From positions 1,856,001 through 1,920,000 of the forward strand of contig CAVXGK010000002.1 of the NCBI GenBank assembly GCA_963761305.1: a DNA stretch of 64,000 nucleotides, read 5' to 3'. Shown here piece by piece: positions 1 to 11,120 of this stretch (its first letter is position 1; each line of letters starts with the position of its first letter). Position numbers and translations under genes: made by a program. The stretch is from an uncultured Gemmatimonadaceae bacterium (GTDB taxonomy: Bacteria > Gemmatimonadota > Gemmatimonadetes > Gemmatimonadales > Gemmatimonadaceae). The notes under the pieces are model-generated. The model had not been told where the DNA came from. It worked only from the letters and a program-made list of their open reading frames with translations, and ran no database searches.

Positions 1-1418
1 ACGCGCGACAGCGCCATGAAGCTTCGCAGCATCAGGCCGGAGCCGACGAGCAACACGAACGAGAGCGCCACTTCGGCGATGACGACTGCCTGTCGCACGA
101 ATTTGCCCGACTGAAGCCCCGATGACCGTCCAGACGCGCGCAGCGTCTGCGCCAAATTCGGTCGCGACGCGCGGAGCGCCGGAAGAATTCCGAACACGAG
201 CGCCGCGACGGCGGCGATTGCCGCCGTGAAGCCAAGTACCATCGGATCGATCGACACGTCGCCGATGCGCGGCAGGTTGGCTGGCGCGATGTCGAGCAAC
301 AGCGTGATGCCCAGCTTGGCGAGTCCGAGGCCGACGACCGCGCCGCAACCGGCGAGCACCAGGCTCTCGGCGAGCATCTGCACGATCAACGCGCCGCGGG
401 AACCACCGAGCGCGGATCGAACCGCCAGCTCACGCTCGCGCGCCGAGGCGCGGACGAGCAAGAGGTTGGCGACGTTGGCGCACGCAATGAGGAGCACGAA
501 CATGACGGCGCCCATGAGCGCGAGGATCGCCGGCCGCACGCTCTTGACGATGCCTTCCGACATCGGCTCGGCGTACCACACCGTGTTCGAGGTCTTCTTG
601 ATCGGAAAGCGCGACTGGAGATCGACGGTGAGACTGGCCAACTGCGCGTTCGCCATATCCAGCGTCGCGCCAGGCTTGAGACGTCCGACGGCGTGGTACT
701 GCGCGTTGATCCGCGAGGCGGTGCTGTAGTCGATCCGATTCGCCTGATAGGCGTCGGGTTCGTCGGCCGTTCCGCCAAGGCCGGTGTTGAAGACCATCGT
801 GAGGCTCGGCTCGGCGACGCCGACGATGGTCGAGCGCAGCCCGAAGATCTGCACCGTCCTGCCGATCACCGACGAGTCGCCTCCGAACGTTCGCTCCCAG
901 AGTCCGTGGCTCAGAATGGTGGTCTGCGGCGGAAGCCTGGCTGGATCGAACGGCAGCGGCTTGCCATCGGGGCCGTTCGGCGGTGGCGGCGGCGCCGCGC
1001 CGTCGGCCTCGACGAAGTTGCGGCCAAACGCGATGCGCGCGCCGAGTACCGTAAAGAAGTTCGGCGTGACGCCGGCGACGACCACTTGCTCTGGTCTGCC
1101 GTCGTCCCCGACGAGGGGACCGGGAAACGCGGCGATTCCGGCGATCGACTCGAACGCGGTCGCCCGGTCGCGGAGATCGAGCCAGTCACCCGGCATGATC
1201 GGGAAGTCGATGACCTTGCGCGCCCGCATGTCGGACTTGACGAGAGCGAGGCGATTCGGCTGGGCGTACGGAAGCGGCCGCAGCAGGACGGCGTTCACCA
1301 CGCTGAAGATCGCGGTGGTTGCGCCGGTTCCCAGCGCGATCGTGACGACGGCCGTGAGGGTGAACGCCGGGTGCTTGCGGAGCGATCGGACGGCAAAGCC
1401 GAGGTCTTTGATGAACAT
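1..1418 (-). CDS. ADOP-type duplicated ABC permease (MacB/FtsX-like), truncated by the window edge
   Basis: Absent from the ORF track (no stop in window). Manual translation from ATG 1418: MFIKDLGFAVRSLRKHPAFTLTAVVTIALGTGATTAIFSVVNAVLLRPLPY, later LLIACANVANLLLVRASARERELAVRSALG. Confidence 0.93.
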   Translation of the reverse strand, partial: MFIKDLGFAVRSLRKHPAFTLTAVVTIALGTGATTAIFSVVNAVLLRPLPYAQPNRLALVKSDMRARKVIDFPIMPGDWLDLRDRATAFESIAGIAAFPGPLVGDDGRPEQVVVAGVTPNFFTVLGARIAFGRNFVEADGAAPPPPPNGPDGKPLPFDPARLPPQTTILSHGLWERTFGGDSSVIGRTVQIFGLRSTIVGVAEPSLTMVFNTGLGGTADEPDAYQANRIDYSTASRINAQYHAVGRLKPGATLDMANAQLASLTVDLQSRFPIKKTSNTVWYAEPMSEGIVKSVRPAILALMGAVMFVLLIACANVANLLLVRASARERELAVRSALGGSRGALIVQMLAESLVLAGCGAVVGLGLAKLGITLLLDIAPANLPRIGDVSIDPMVLGFTAAIAAVAALVFGILPALRASRPNLAQTLRASGRSSGLQSGKFVRQAVVIAEVALSFVLLVGSGLMLRSFMALSR

Positions 1419-1434
1419 CGAGGTGGGCCGGTGC

Positions 1435-1473
1435 GGGGTGCGGAGACGGGGTGCGGAGACGGGGTGCGGAGAC
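1435..1473. repeat. Tandem repeat, 3 x 13 bp (GGGGTGCGGAGAC)
   Basis: Three exact copies read directly, upstream of the permease start. Confidence 0.9.
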
Positions 1474-1533
1474 CTGGGACGCGTGCGGGGGCGGAGTGCG
1501 GTGGGTGGGTCGAACAGAACTCAGTCGCTCCGG

Positions 1534-1646
1534 GCACGGAGCGTTCCCCGTCGGCGGCGGGCCAAAGCGTTGAGGCATTGACGCTTAGAATTCCGCGGGC
1601 GATGTTCCGACGCTCGCCTGTGGGACGCACTGTTCGGATACGAACA
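1534..1646 (-). promoter_or_regulatory. Putative sigma54 promoter plus upstream palindrome for the ADOP permease
   Basis: Minus strand GG-AACGCTCCGT-GC (GG-N10-GC) at 1547-1534; palindrome TGTTCG-GATA-CGAACA at 1631-1646. Confidence 0.5.
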
Positions 1647-1760
1647 CGTGGTCGCCGGGAGCTCGCGCGATTTCGGGCACTCGCGCGTAGATCAACGGAC
1701 CCCACCGCTTGGAACCACCTGTAAAGACCCGCCCACTTTCAGTACAAACAAGGAGATCGG

Positions 1761-4700
1761 ATGTCGCGTTCGATTCGATCGATCCGCCGATGGAGCACGA
1801 TCGTCGTCGCCGCCGGGCTGTCCCTGCCCGTCGCCAGCGCGCTCGCGCAGTCGGCGCAGAAAATCGATCAGGAATACACGGCGCAGATCAAGAAGGAGTT
1901 GTCTGATCCGCGCATCTCGACTGAACTGGTCGACCATCTGCCGGCATCGAGCACGGTCCCGACGCCGCTCAAGTTCCTCGGCCACATCGTCGGCGCGCGT
2001 GGCGTGGTCGACCACGCCGAGGACATTCACCGCTATCTAGAGGCGGTGGCAAAGGCGTCGAACGGCCGCGCGAAGTTCTGGAAGATCGGCAAGACGGAGG
2101 AAGGGCGCGACATCGTGCTGATGGCGATCGCCGATCCCAAGACGATCGCGAATCTCGACCAGTACAAGGGCTATCTCCACGAGCTGACCGACCCGCGCAA
2201 GACGAGCGAGACGCGGGCGAAGCAGCTCATCCATACGGCGAAGCCGATCTACTGGGCCGTGAGCGGCATGCATTCACCGGAATCCGGCGGCCCCGAGATG
2301 CTGATGGAGCTCGCGTACCGGCTCGTGGTCGAAGAGACGCCGCTCGTTCAGAACATCCGCAACAACGTCATCACGTTGATCACACCGGTGATCGAAGTCG
2401 ACGGCCGCGACGCGTACGTCGACAACCACAACTTCAACGTGAAGTGGGCGAAGGATCATCCAAACCCGAACGCGCAACAGGGCGCCGGACGCGGTGGCGG
2501 GGGCGGTCCGTTGCCGCTCATGTACTGGGGCAAGTACGTGCAGCACGACAACAATCGTGACGGCATGGGGCAGTTCCTCGACCTGACCAAGGTCACGACG
2601 AAGACGTTTCTCGAGTGGACGCCGACTTTCCTCCACGACCTGCACGAGGCGCAGACGTATCTGTACGCGTCGACGGGCACGGGGCCATACAACGACGCGC
2701 TCGATCCGATCACGGTCGACGAGTGGTGGTACATGGCCAAGAACGACGTGATGGAGATGACGAAGCGCGGCGTGCCGGGCGTGTGGACCTACGGCTTCTA
2801 CGACGGCTGGGTCCCGAATTACATGTTCTTCATCGCGCACACGCACAACGCGACCGGCCGCTTCTATGAAGTGCAGAGCTACTGTTCGGGTGACTGCGAG
2901 TGGTATCCCGTGAAGCCGGGCGCGACGACGACGAGCAAGGAGTGGTTCCGTCCGAATCCACCGCTCGATTCGATCATGTGGAGCCCGCGCGCCAACACGA
3001 ACATCCAGGAGTCGGCGATCCTCTTCGCGCTGAATCGTGTCGCGAAGGACAAGGAGATGTTCCTCGAGAACTACTGGATCAAGAACAACGACGCGGTCAA
3101 CCGCGGCAAGAAAGGCCCGGTGTACGCGTGGGTGATTCCGGCGAACCAGCATGCGCGTGAGAACGCGGCGGAAGCCGTAAACGAGCTCGAGACGCAGGGC
3201 CTCGAGTTCCAGCGCGCGAATTCGTCGTTCACCGCGGGCAAGGTGCAGGTCAACGCGGGCGACTACATCATCCGCGGCGACCAGCCGTATCGCACGATCG
3301 CCGACATGTACTTCTCGCTCCAGAACTTCGCGCCGGGCAACCCGTCGCCGTACGACGACACGGGCTGGACGTTCCCGCTGATGCGCAACATCACGGTCAC
3401 GGAGATCACCGACCCCAGCGCCCTCAAGCAGCCGATGACGCCGGTGAAGGGTCTCGTCACCGCGCCGGGCGGCATCACGGGCAACGGCAGCACGGTCGTG
3501 GTCGAGAACAACAGCGACAACACGCTCGTCTCGTTCCGCTTCAAGAATCCAGGCGTGAAGATGTCGGCCGCCGAAGAGTCGTTCTCGGCCGACGGGCACA
3601 ACTTCGCGCCGGGCGCGATTATCATCGCCAACGCGAACACGGCGCAGCTCGAGCCGTCGCTCAAGTCGTTCGGCCTCACGGCCTACGCGGTGGCGTCGGC
3701 GCCGACGGTCAAGTCGCACGACCTCGACATCCCGCGCATCGGCTACATCCATAGCTGGACGCGCACGCAGGACGAGGGCTGGGTCCGCGCGGCGTTCGAC
3801 ACGTACGGCGTTCCGTACAAGTACTTCGGCGAGAACGTTGTCGCGAAGATGGGCGACCTGCGTTCGCAGTTCGACGTCATCATCTATCCGCACGGCGGCA
3901 GCGGCGTCGGTGGTGGACGCGGTGGCCGCGGCGGCGGTGCCGGGGGGGACGCGGTGGCGCGGCCGAAGATCTGCCGGTTCCCTACAAGAGCACGAAGGAA
4001 TTCCCCGCGCTCGGCTATCCGGATTCGACGGACGACGTGCGCGGCGCGCTCGGTGAAGAGGGCATGAAGGCGCTGTACGCGTTCGTGCAGCACGGCGGCA
4101 CGCTCATCACGGAAGGCGGCACGTCGCAGATCCTGCCGGAGATGAACCTCACGCCTGGCGTGAAGTACGAGGCGGCGACCGGCCTCTTCGCGCGCGGCAC
4201 GATCCTCCGCGCCGAGATCACGGACGCAAAGAGCCCGCTCGTCTACGGCTACAATCGTTCGGAGGTCCCGGTGTACTTCAGCTCCGGTCCGGTGCTGAAC
4301 ACCAACGCCGCGGCGGCAACGGTCGCGAGCGAGACGGCGACTCCGGCCGATGGTGGCGCCGGACGTGGCGGAGCGCGCGGCACGCAGACGCAGAACACGA
4401 CGCCGATGGCGACGCCGCTCAAGCTGTCGGCGTGGGATCCCGATCACACGGGCGTCGCGTACGGTCTGGCGACGAGCATCGGCAACGACTTCAACGTCGC
4501 GCAGGCGGGTCAGCAGGCGGGCGGTCGCGGTGGTCGTGGCGGCGCCGGCGGTGGCGGTGGCGCCGGTGGGTTTGGTGGATTCGGCGGCGGCGGCGGACCG
4601 GTCACGGTGCCGGGACTCACCGCCGACCCGAGCTCCTCGACACGCGTCGTGATGCAGTTCCCGGCGAAAGCCGAGGACATGCTGCTCTCCGGCACGTTGG

Positions 4701-4870
4701 AGAACGGCGCGCTCCTCTCGAACCGCGCGAATCTCGTGGACGAGAAGATCGGCAACGGTCACGTCGTGATGTTCGCCTTCCGTCCGTACTGGCGGTGGCA
4801 GACCCAGGGCACGTTCGCGATCGGCTTCAACGCGATCATGAACTGGAACGATCTCGACGCGGGCAAATAG
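1761..4870 (+). CDS. Secreted M14-family zinc carboxypeptidase, split by a 1-nt frameshift at the G7 run 3942-3948
   Basis: Signal peptide; HSPE (HxxE), DNNRD and HDLHE motifs. ORFs 1761-4067 and 4037-4870 join (GGRGGAAEDLPVPYKSTKEFPALGYPDSTDDVRGALGEEG) if one G is added. Confidence 0.88.
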
Positions 4871-4895
4871 TTGGCGCGAGGTCCCACGAAAACAC

Positions 4896-4929
4896 GAACG
4901 GCCCGCTCTCGCGGGCCGTTCTGCTTTTT
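4896..4929 (+). terminator. Intrinsic terminator
   Basis: GAACGGCCCGC-TCTC-GCGGGCCGTTC hairpin followed by TGCTTTTT. Confidence 0.8.
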
Positions 4930-4974
4930 GGGATCTGTTGGCCGCCGGACGGCTGGGCCACCGGTCGGTTTAGA

Positions 4975-5111
4975 AAAAATGAACGCAGATGCCACAGATT
5001 GGAACCGCAATGCCGCAGATGAACGGCAATGGGCTCGGACTTCTTAGTATCCGAGGCCTCTTGCAAATCGCCGTTGATCTGCGGGCATCTGCGGCATTGC
5101 CGTTCAATTTT
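4975..5111. repeat. Long imperfect palindrome with GCAGAT-periodic arms
   Basis: Left arm GCAATGCCGCAGATGAACGGC pairs with right arm GCCGTTGATCTGCGG...ATCTGCGGCATTGC; inner CTCGGA..TCCGAG stem. Confidence 0.75.
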
Positions 5112-5150
5112 GCTCAAGCGCCAACAGTGGCTCGCCTGGCGAACCGAGAG

Positions 5151-5933
5151 CTATTTCCCCACGCGCCGGCCGAGAATCATCTTGACGATCTTCTTGTCGC
5201 CGGCGGCGGTAAGTGTCGTGCCGTAACCGAAGTTGAATTCCCACTGCGGCCCGAAGTCGAGATTCGTCGCCAAGAAGATCTGGTGTTGCTGTTCGGACAA
5301 GGGGTCGAGTCGGTTGATCGGACCTGTCGCGCCGTAGTACTCCACGGAGAGATTCACTTTCTTGGTGACGTCGTACCCGACATCGACGTTCGGCGAGAAA
5401 ACAAACGGCACGTTCGCCGTCGGGCCGCGCAAAGATTTCTCGAGCGTGGGATTGATCGAGGCGTACCACGGTCCCATCTGCTTGTCGATGATCGGACGCA
5501 GCTCGTAGGTCCAGGTGTCGCCGGTGAACGACGCTTTCGTGTACCCGACTTCCTGCGAGATGCTCACGCCGACAGGCCACCCCCAGCTCTCGGGCACGCG
5601 AAAGCGCGGGCGGATGTGCGAGCCCACCCACTGCCACGACTGTCCGGACGGCACCGACGTGAACCAGTAGAACCCGATCTCGGACCAGTCGTTGAGCCCG
5701 TGGGTGATCTCGAGCGTCTCGTGGACGGCGTGGTTGGTCGGGCTCAATCCGTCGCTCGACCCCAGTTTGCTGCCGTCGATCGTGAAGTTCGAGTGCAGCT
5801 CGAACATCGTCACGCCGCGGGGCACCGTTTCCGCCCCGTACACCTGAATCTCGTAGTTGTCCTGCGCCGCCGACGACGTCGCGGTCACGGCGATCGAAAG
5901 CAGGGCGGCGATGACCAACGCACGCTGATTCAT
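5151..5933 (-). CDS. Exported conserved hypothetical protein, probable outer-membrane beta-barrel
   Basis: Signal peptide MNQRALVIAALLSIAVTATSSAA, then QDNYEIQVYG; aromatic-rich alternating strands. Confidence 0.7.
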   Translation of the reverse strand: MNQRALVIAALLSIAVTATSSAAQDNYEIQVYGAETVPRGVTMFELHSNFTIDGSKLGSSDGLSPTNHAVHETLEITHGLNDWSEIGFYWFTSVPSGQSWQWVGSHIRPRFRVPESWGWPVGVSISQEVGYTKASFTGDTWTYELRPIIDKQMGPWYASINPTLEKSLRGPTANVPFVFSPNVDVGYDVTKKVNLSVEYYGATGPINRLDPLSEQQHQIFLATNLDFGPQWEFNFGYGTTLTAAGDKKIVKMILGRRVGK

Positions 5934-6075
5934 GGAAGCCATTCGAGGCGAGGGTGAGGGAAAAGAGGAGGCGTTGCAGGCGTCTCCAGTGCTTACGGCG
6001 ACCGGCCGAGCGGCGCTGGGCGTTGACGCCGAGTGCCGTCGCAAAGTATATCGCGACGTCTCGACGGGAGGATGC

Positions 6076-7422
6076 GTGGGTCGAACGTCATTCGTGCAAC
6101 AGAGTCCGTTCCTCGTGATTCTGACCGTGGCCGCCGCGTGCGCCAACGGGCCGGCGCAGTCGGCGGTCGACCCGGCGCTGGCGCGGTACATCAATGCCAT
6201 TCGCGCGATCGACGATCACGCCCACCCGATGCGCCCCGTGGCCCAGGGCGCGCCGGCGGACACCGACTTCGATGCGCTGCCGCTCGACGGCATTCCGCCG
6301 TTCGATTTGCCGGCGCGCCTCAAGCCCGACGATGCGATCTGGCGGCAGGCGCAGAGCGCGCTCTATCACATTCCGCCCACCCTGAGCGGCGCCCCGTATC
6401 ACTCGACGCTCAAAAACGACGTCGCTTCAGTGCAGCGGACGAATGGGCTGCGATTCCCGGAATGGGCGCTCGACCAGGCGAACATCGACGTGATGATCGC
6501 CAATCGCATCTCCGTCGGTCCTGGGCTCGCGCCGCCGCGCTTCCGCTGGCTGTCGTTCGTCGATCCGCTCATGCTGCCGCTCGACGTGAGCGCCGAAGCG
6601 ACGCTCACTCCCGACACGCGCCCGCTGTACCCGCGCGAAGCGAAGCTCCTCAAGCGCTACATGAACGACATCAACGTGGCGTCGTTGCCGGCGACGCTCG
6701 ACGAATACGTCCGCACCATCGTCGCGCCGACGATCGCGCGCATGCGTGCCAACGGCGCCGTCGGCGTCAAATTCGAGGCGGCGTATCTGCGTCCGCTCAA
6801 CTTCGACGATCCGGATTCGGCCGGCGCGGCGCGCATCTACGCCAAGTTCGCGCGCGGCGGCGTTCCGTCGCACGCCGAATACAAGACGGTCGAGGACTAT
6901 CTGTTTCGCGCCATCGCACGCGAGGCCGGCGCGCAGAAGCTGCCCGTGCAGATCCACGTGCTCGAGACGTTCGGCGGATTCTACGCGACGCACGGCAGCG
7001 CGCCGCACCTGCTCGAGCCGGCGTTCAACGATTCGACGCTGCGCGCCACGAAGTTCATCATCGTGCACGGCGGATGGCCGCTGGTCGGCGAAACGCAGGC
7101 GCTGCTCTCCAAGCCGAACGTCTACACCGACATCTCGATGATGGACGACATTCTTTCGCCGACAGTCCTCGCCGGCGTGCTGCGCCAATGGCTCGGCGAA
7201 TGGCCGGACAAGGTGCTCTTCGGCACCGACGCGTTCGATGGCGGCGTCGAGCAAGGGTGGGAGCAGATCGCGTGGGTCGGATCGACGACGGCGCGTCGCG
7301 CGCTCGCCATTTCGCTCACCGGCATGATGCGCGACGGCGACATCAACCGCGACCGCGCTGAAATGCTCGCGCGGATGGTGCTGCACGACAACGCGCAGTC
7401 CGTGTACGGACTGACGAAATAG
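6076..7422 (+). CDS. Amidohydrolase family protein, probably exported
   Basis: IDDHAHP, VGVKF, QIH, IVHGGWP and VLFGTD motifs. The GTG start after GGGAGG is inferred. Confidence 0.85.
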   Translation: MGRTSFVQQSPFLVILTVAAACANGPAQSAVDPALARYINAIRAIDDHAHPMRPVAQGAPADTDFDALPLDGIPPFDLPARLKPDDAIWRQAQSALYHIPPTLSGAPYHSTLKNDVASVQRTNGLRFPEWALDQANIDVMIANRISVGPGLAPPRFRWLSFVDPLMLPLDVSAEATLTPDTRPLYPREAKLLKRYMNDINVASLPATLDEYVRTIVAPTIARMRANGAVGVKFEAAYLRPLNFDDPDSAGAARIYAKFARGGVPSHAEYKTVEDYLFRAIAREAGAQKLPVQIHVLETFGGFYATHGSAPHLLEPAFNDSTLRATKFIIVHGGWPLVGETQALLSKPNVYTDISMMDDILSPTVLAGVLRQWLGEWPDKVLFGTDAFDGGVEQGWEQIAWVGSTTARRALAISLTGMMRDGDINRDRAEMLARMVLHDNAQSVYGLTK

Positions 7423-7435
7423 TTGGGACGAGTGA

Positions 7436-9094
7436 TCAGCGCCGGCGCGAGGCGACGAACATCGACCACGCGAGGCCAGCGAGCAACACGATCGACACGG
7501 CGAACAGCGTGATCGAGATGACCTTCTGCCCGCGATCGAACGCCTGATACGCCAACACGCCGGCCGCGGTGCCGATCACGCAGTAGACGAGCTGCCGCGC
7601 GCCGGCGTAGACGAGGCGCGCCGCCACGGTGATCTCCGGAACGCGGATCTCCATTTCGCCGCGGTTCGCGCGGCCGAGCGTCTGGCGAACGTCTTCCGGC
7701 AAGACGGTGGCGCTCTTGGCCATTTCCTTGATCGCGGTGACGATCAGGTCGGTCCAACTGCGATCAGGTCCGGCCACAACGCCCTCCAGATAAGGACGGA
7801 TCACCGTCATCGGATTCCACTGCGGAGCGAGCTCGATGCACAGGCCGACCAACAGCAGCAGCGTCCGCTCGAGAAGCACCCAGTTCTTCGGTACCTGAAA
7901 TGTCGCGGCAAGCTTGCGGAACGACACGTCGAGACGCCGGAGATCGGCCATCTGCTCCAGCTTGGCGCGCATGTCCATCTGAAGGTCGCCCAGTCCCCAG
8001 GACTCGCCGGCGATCTGCTCGAATACCGTGCGCTGAAAGTAGTCGATGACTCTCTGTGCCACGTCGGTCGACCCGGGATCGCGCGCGATGAATCCCATCG
8101 TGCGCACCGCGTTCGTGATCTGGACGCCGTCGCGGCGAATCACGCCCTCGAAAAACTCGCGTACGCCGCGCCGCATCGTGTCCGACAGCTCGCCGACGGC
8201 GCCGAAGTCGACGAACACGATCGCGCCGTCTGGGGCGACGAACAGATTGCCCGGATGCGGGTCGGCGTGATACACGCCGTCGACGAAGATCATCCGGCAA
8301 TACGCGCTCACCACCCGCTCGGCCACCGTGCGCCGGTCGAGTCCGAGCAATTCGATCGCGCCGAAGTCGATGACCTTGGCGCCGTCCACGAACTCCGTCG
8401 TCAGCACGCGTTCGGTGGATCGCTCCGGCACCACGCGCGGCATGCGCACGAGCCGGTCGCCGGCGAAGCTGTTGGCGATCCGCGCGACATTCTCCGCCTC
8501 GCGACGGAAGTCGAGCTCTTCGCCGATCATCTGGCTGATTTCCGGGTGGTACGCCTCCATGCCTCGCACGCGCGTGAAGTACTGCACGATGGCGAGAATC
8601 CGGCGGATCGTTTCGAGGTCTTCGGCCGCGACGCGCTCGATGTCGGCGTGCTGCACCTTCACGGCCACGCGGCGGCCATCATCCAGCCGCGCCTCGTGCA
8701 CTTGGGCGAGCGACGCCGTCGCCAACGGCTTCCGGTCGAACGACGCAAAGACCGCGTCAGGATCGGCGCCGAATTCGGCGCGAATCCGCGCGACGATCTC
8801 GTCGAACGGTCGCGGCGGGAGACGATCCTGCAGCCCCTCGAGCTGCGCGCGGAATTCCGGCGGCAGCACGTTGGCCAAAACGCTGATCAGCTGCCCGACC
8901 TTGATGAACAGGCCGCCTGCTCGGATGATCGCGTCTCGAATCCGGCGCGCGTTGGCGCGATGCCTGGCCTCGAGCAGCTCGGCGTAGCGCGCCGGGGCCA
9001 CGAATGGGCGACGGGCTCGGAGCAACAGGTAGCTCGCGAGCACGCGCGTCGTGGTCCCGTAGATTCGAACCAGTCTGAAGCGAGCGCGAGCCAT
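7436..9094 (-). CDS. ABC1/UbiB (AarF) family atypical kinase
   Basis: FIKVGQ, ASLAQVH, VAVKVQ, HADPHPGN, DFG; two C-terminal TM helices. Confidence 0.93.
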   Translation of the reverse strand: MARARFRLVRIYGTTTRVLASYLLLRARRPFVAPARYAELLEARHRANARRIRDAIIRAGGLFIKVGQLISVLANVLPPEFRAQLEGLQDRLPPRPFDEIVARIRAEFGADPDAVFASFDRKPLATASLAQVHEARLDDGRRVAVKVQHADIERVAAEDLETIRRILAIVQYFTRVRGMEAYHPEISQMIGEELDFRREAENVARIANSFAGDRLVRMPRVVPERSTERVLTTEFVDGAKVIDFGAIELLGLDRRTVAERVVSAYCRMIFVDGVYHADPHPGNLFVAPDGAIVFVDFGAVGELSDTMRRGVREFFEGVIRRDGVQITNAVRTMGFIARDPGSTDVAQRVIDYFQRTVFEQIAGESWGLGDLQMDMRAKLEQMADLRRLDVSFRKLAATFQVPKNWVLLERTLLLLVGLCIELAPQWNPMTVIRPYLEGVVAGPDRSWTDLIVTAIKEMAKSATVLPEDVRQTLGRANRGEMEIRVPEITVAARLVYAGARQLVYCVIGTAAGVLAYQAFDRGQKVISITLFAVSIVLLAGLAWSMFVASRRR

Positions 9095-9134
9095 GCGGCT
9101 TAAGCTACAGCACTCTCCATGGAGGGTTCCCGAA

Positions 9135-11060
9135 ATGAACGTCGTCCGGCGCGGCGCATTGGCGTTTTCACTGTCGGTGACAATGGCGTCGCTGCTCGGC
9201 GCACAGACGCACGCATCGGTCGCCGATTCGTCCCACTTCCGCGCGCTCACGCTGCCGACACCGAACGAGTACCGCGCGGCGGACGGACGGCCGGGACCCA
9301 AATACTGGCAGCAGCAGGTGAACTATCGCATCGACGCGACGCTCGATCCGGTGAAGAACGAGATTCGCGGCGCCGAGACGATTCACTATGTGAATCGGTC
9401 GCCGATGACCCTGCCCTATCTATGGTTGTTCGTCGAGCAGAACCTGTGCGAGCCGAACAGCGTCACGAACGTGCTCAACCAACCGCCGCTCGTCTTCCTC
9501 GGCACGAGCTTCGACTTCTCGTGCCAGGGTTTCAACAGCGCCCCGCGACTGGAATCGATGACGATCCACGGCCGCGAGGTGAAGCGCACGCGCTACGGTA
9601 CGACGCTGCGCGTCGACCTGGATTCGGCGCTCGCGCCGGGCGCGTCGGTCGATATCGCCGCGCGATGGCACTTCAACGTGCCGCTCCAGGGCGGCGGCCG
9701 CATGGGACACGACGGACTGCTGTATGAGATCGCGCAATGGTATCCGCGGCTCGCCGTCTACGACGACGTGAAGGGCTGGAACCACGAGCCGTACATCGGC
9801 GCGGGAGAGTTCTATCTCGAGTACGGCGACTTCGACGTCACGCTCACCGTACCGAACGAAGACCTCGTCGCAGCGACGGGTGAGCTGCAGAACGGCGCGC
9901 AGGTACTCACGCCCACGCAACGGCAGCGACTCGATGTTGCACGCCACTCGGATACGGCGATCGCGATCATCACGGCCGCGGAGGCGGGCGACGCGGCAAA
10001 GACTCGCCCTGCTGCTGGACAGGCGGCGCCCAGAGCGTGGCACTACACGGCGCACAACGTTCGCGACTTCGCCTTCGCCGCGGGACCGGGCATGCGCTGG
10101 GATGCGAGTGGATACAACGGCATTCTGATCGAAGATCTCTATCGACCGAAAGCCGACAAATGGCCCGAAGTGAACCGTATTGGCCGCGAGGCGATCAAGT
10201 ACTACTCGGAGCAGTGGTTCCCGTATCCGTACTCACACGCCACGACCGTTGAAGGGCCGATCGAGGGCATGGAGTACCCGATGCTCACCTTCACGCCCAA
10301 CAGCCCGACGCGCGAAGACCAGCAGTGGGTCATCGCGCACGAATTCGGCCACGAGTGGTTCCCGATGGTCGTCGGGTCGAACGAGCGTCTGTATCCATGG
10401 ATGGACGAGGGCTTCAACACGTTCATCGACCTCGGCAACGCGGCGAAGTACTTCGCCGGCAAACCCTACGGCGATACGATCGAAGTGCATCCGCTGCATC
10501 TCTACGCCGAGCACGCGGTGCCGGGGAACGAGCAGCCCTTGATCGAGAAGCCGGTCGAGGTGCGCGACCTTTTCTGGGGCGGCTACCAGAAACCCGCGCT
10601 CATGATGCAGATGCTTCGCTACGAGGTCCTCGGCAAGGAGCGGTTCGACTCGGCGTTTCGCGCCTACATTCGCGCCTGGGCGTTCAAGCATCCCACGCCG
10701 TCGGACTTTTTCCGGATGATGCGCGACGAGTCGGGCATGGAGCTCGACTGGTTCTGGCGCGACTGGATCTTCACGACGGCGCGGCTCGACCAAGCGGTGG
10801 ATTCAGTCGCGCGCGCGGCCGACGGGACGACGAGCGTCTACCTCTCCAATCGCGGCACGATGGTCATGCCAGCGACGCTGGCAATCACGTTCACCGACGG
10901 ATCGACGCAAGAGGTGAAGCTGCCGATCGAGATGTGGAACTTGAGCGACCGATTCGCCTATCGCGTGCCGGGCACCAAAACCGTGCAACGCGTGGTCGTG
11001 GATCCACGCAGCGCGTTGCCCGACATCGATCGGGCGAACAACGCGTGGCCGAGGAAGTAG
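9135..11060 (+). CDS. Secreted M1-family metalloaminopeptidase
   Basis: GMEYP, HEFGH and downstream WMDEG; signal peptide; GGAGG at 9121. Confidence 0.93.
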   Translation: MNVVRRGALAFSLSVTMASLLGAQTHASVADSSHFRALTLPTPNEYRAADGRPGPKYWQQQVNYRIDATLDPVKNEIRGAETIHYVNRSPMTLPYLWLFVEQNLCEPNSVTNVLNQPPLVFLGTSFDFSCQGFNSAPRLESMTIHGREVKRTRYGTTLRVDLDSALAPGASVDIAARWHFNVPLQGGGRMGHDGLLYEIAQWYPRLAVYDDVKGWNHEPYIGAGEFYLEYGDFDVTLTVPNEDLVAATGELQNGAQVLTPTQRQRLDVARHSDTAIAIITAAEAGDAAKTRPAAGQAAPRAWHYTAHNVRDFAFAAGPGMRWDASGYNGILIEDLYRPKADKWPEVNRIGREAIKYYSEQWFPYPYSHATTVEGPIEGMEYPMLTFTPNSPTREDQQWVIAHEFGHEWFPMVVGSNERLYPWMDEGFNTFIDLGNAAKYFAGKPYGDTIEVHPLHLYAEHAVPGNEQPLIEKPVEVRDLFWGGYQKPALMMQMLRYEVLGKERFDSAFRAYIRAWAFKHPTPSDFFRMMRDESGMELDWFWRDWIFTTARLDQAVDSVARAADGTTSVYLSNRGTMVMPATLAITFTDGSTQEVKLPIEMWNLSDRFAYRVPGTKTVQRVVVDPRSALPDIDRANNAWPRK

Positions 11061-11064
11061 GCGG

Positions 11065-11120
11065 CGGTCTACCGGTCTACCGGTCTACCGGTCTACCGGT
11101 CTACCGGTCTACCGGTCCAC
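11065..11120. repeat. Tandem repeat, 7 x 8 bp (CGGTCTAC x6, then CGGTCCAC)
   Basis: Read directly; fills almost the whole gap between two convergent stop codons. Confidence 0.95.

Noticed and set aside
11065..11120. CRISPR array
   Set aside because: Contiguous 8-bp units with no spacers, and no cas genes in the window.
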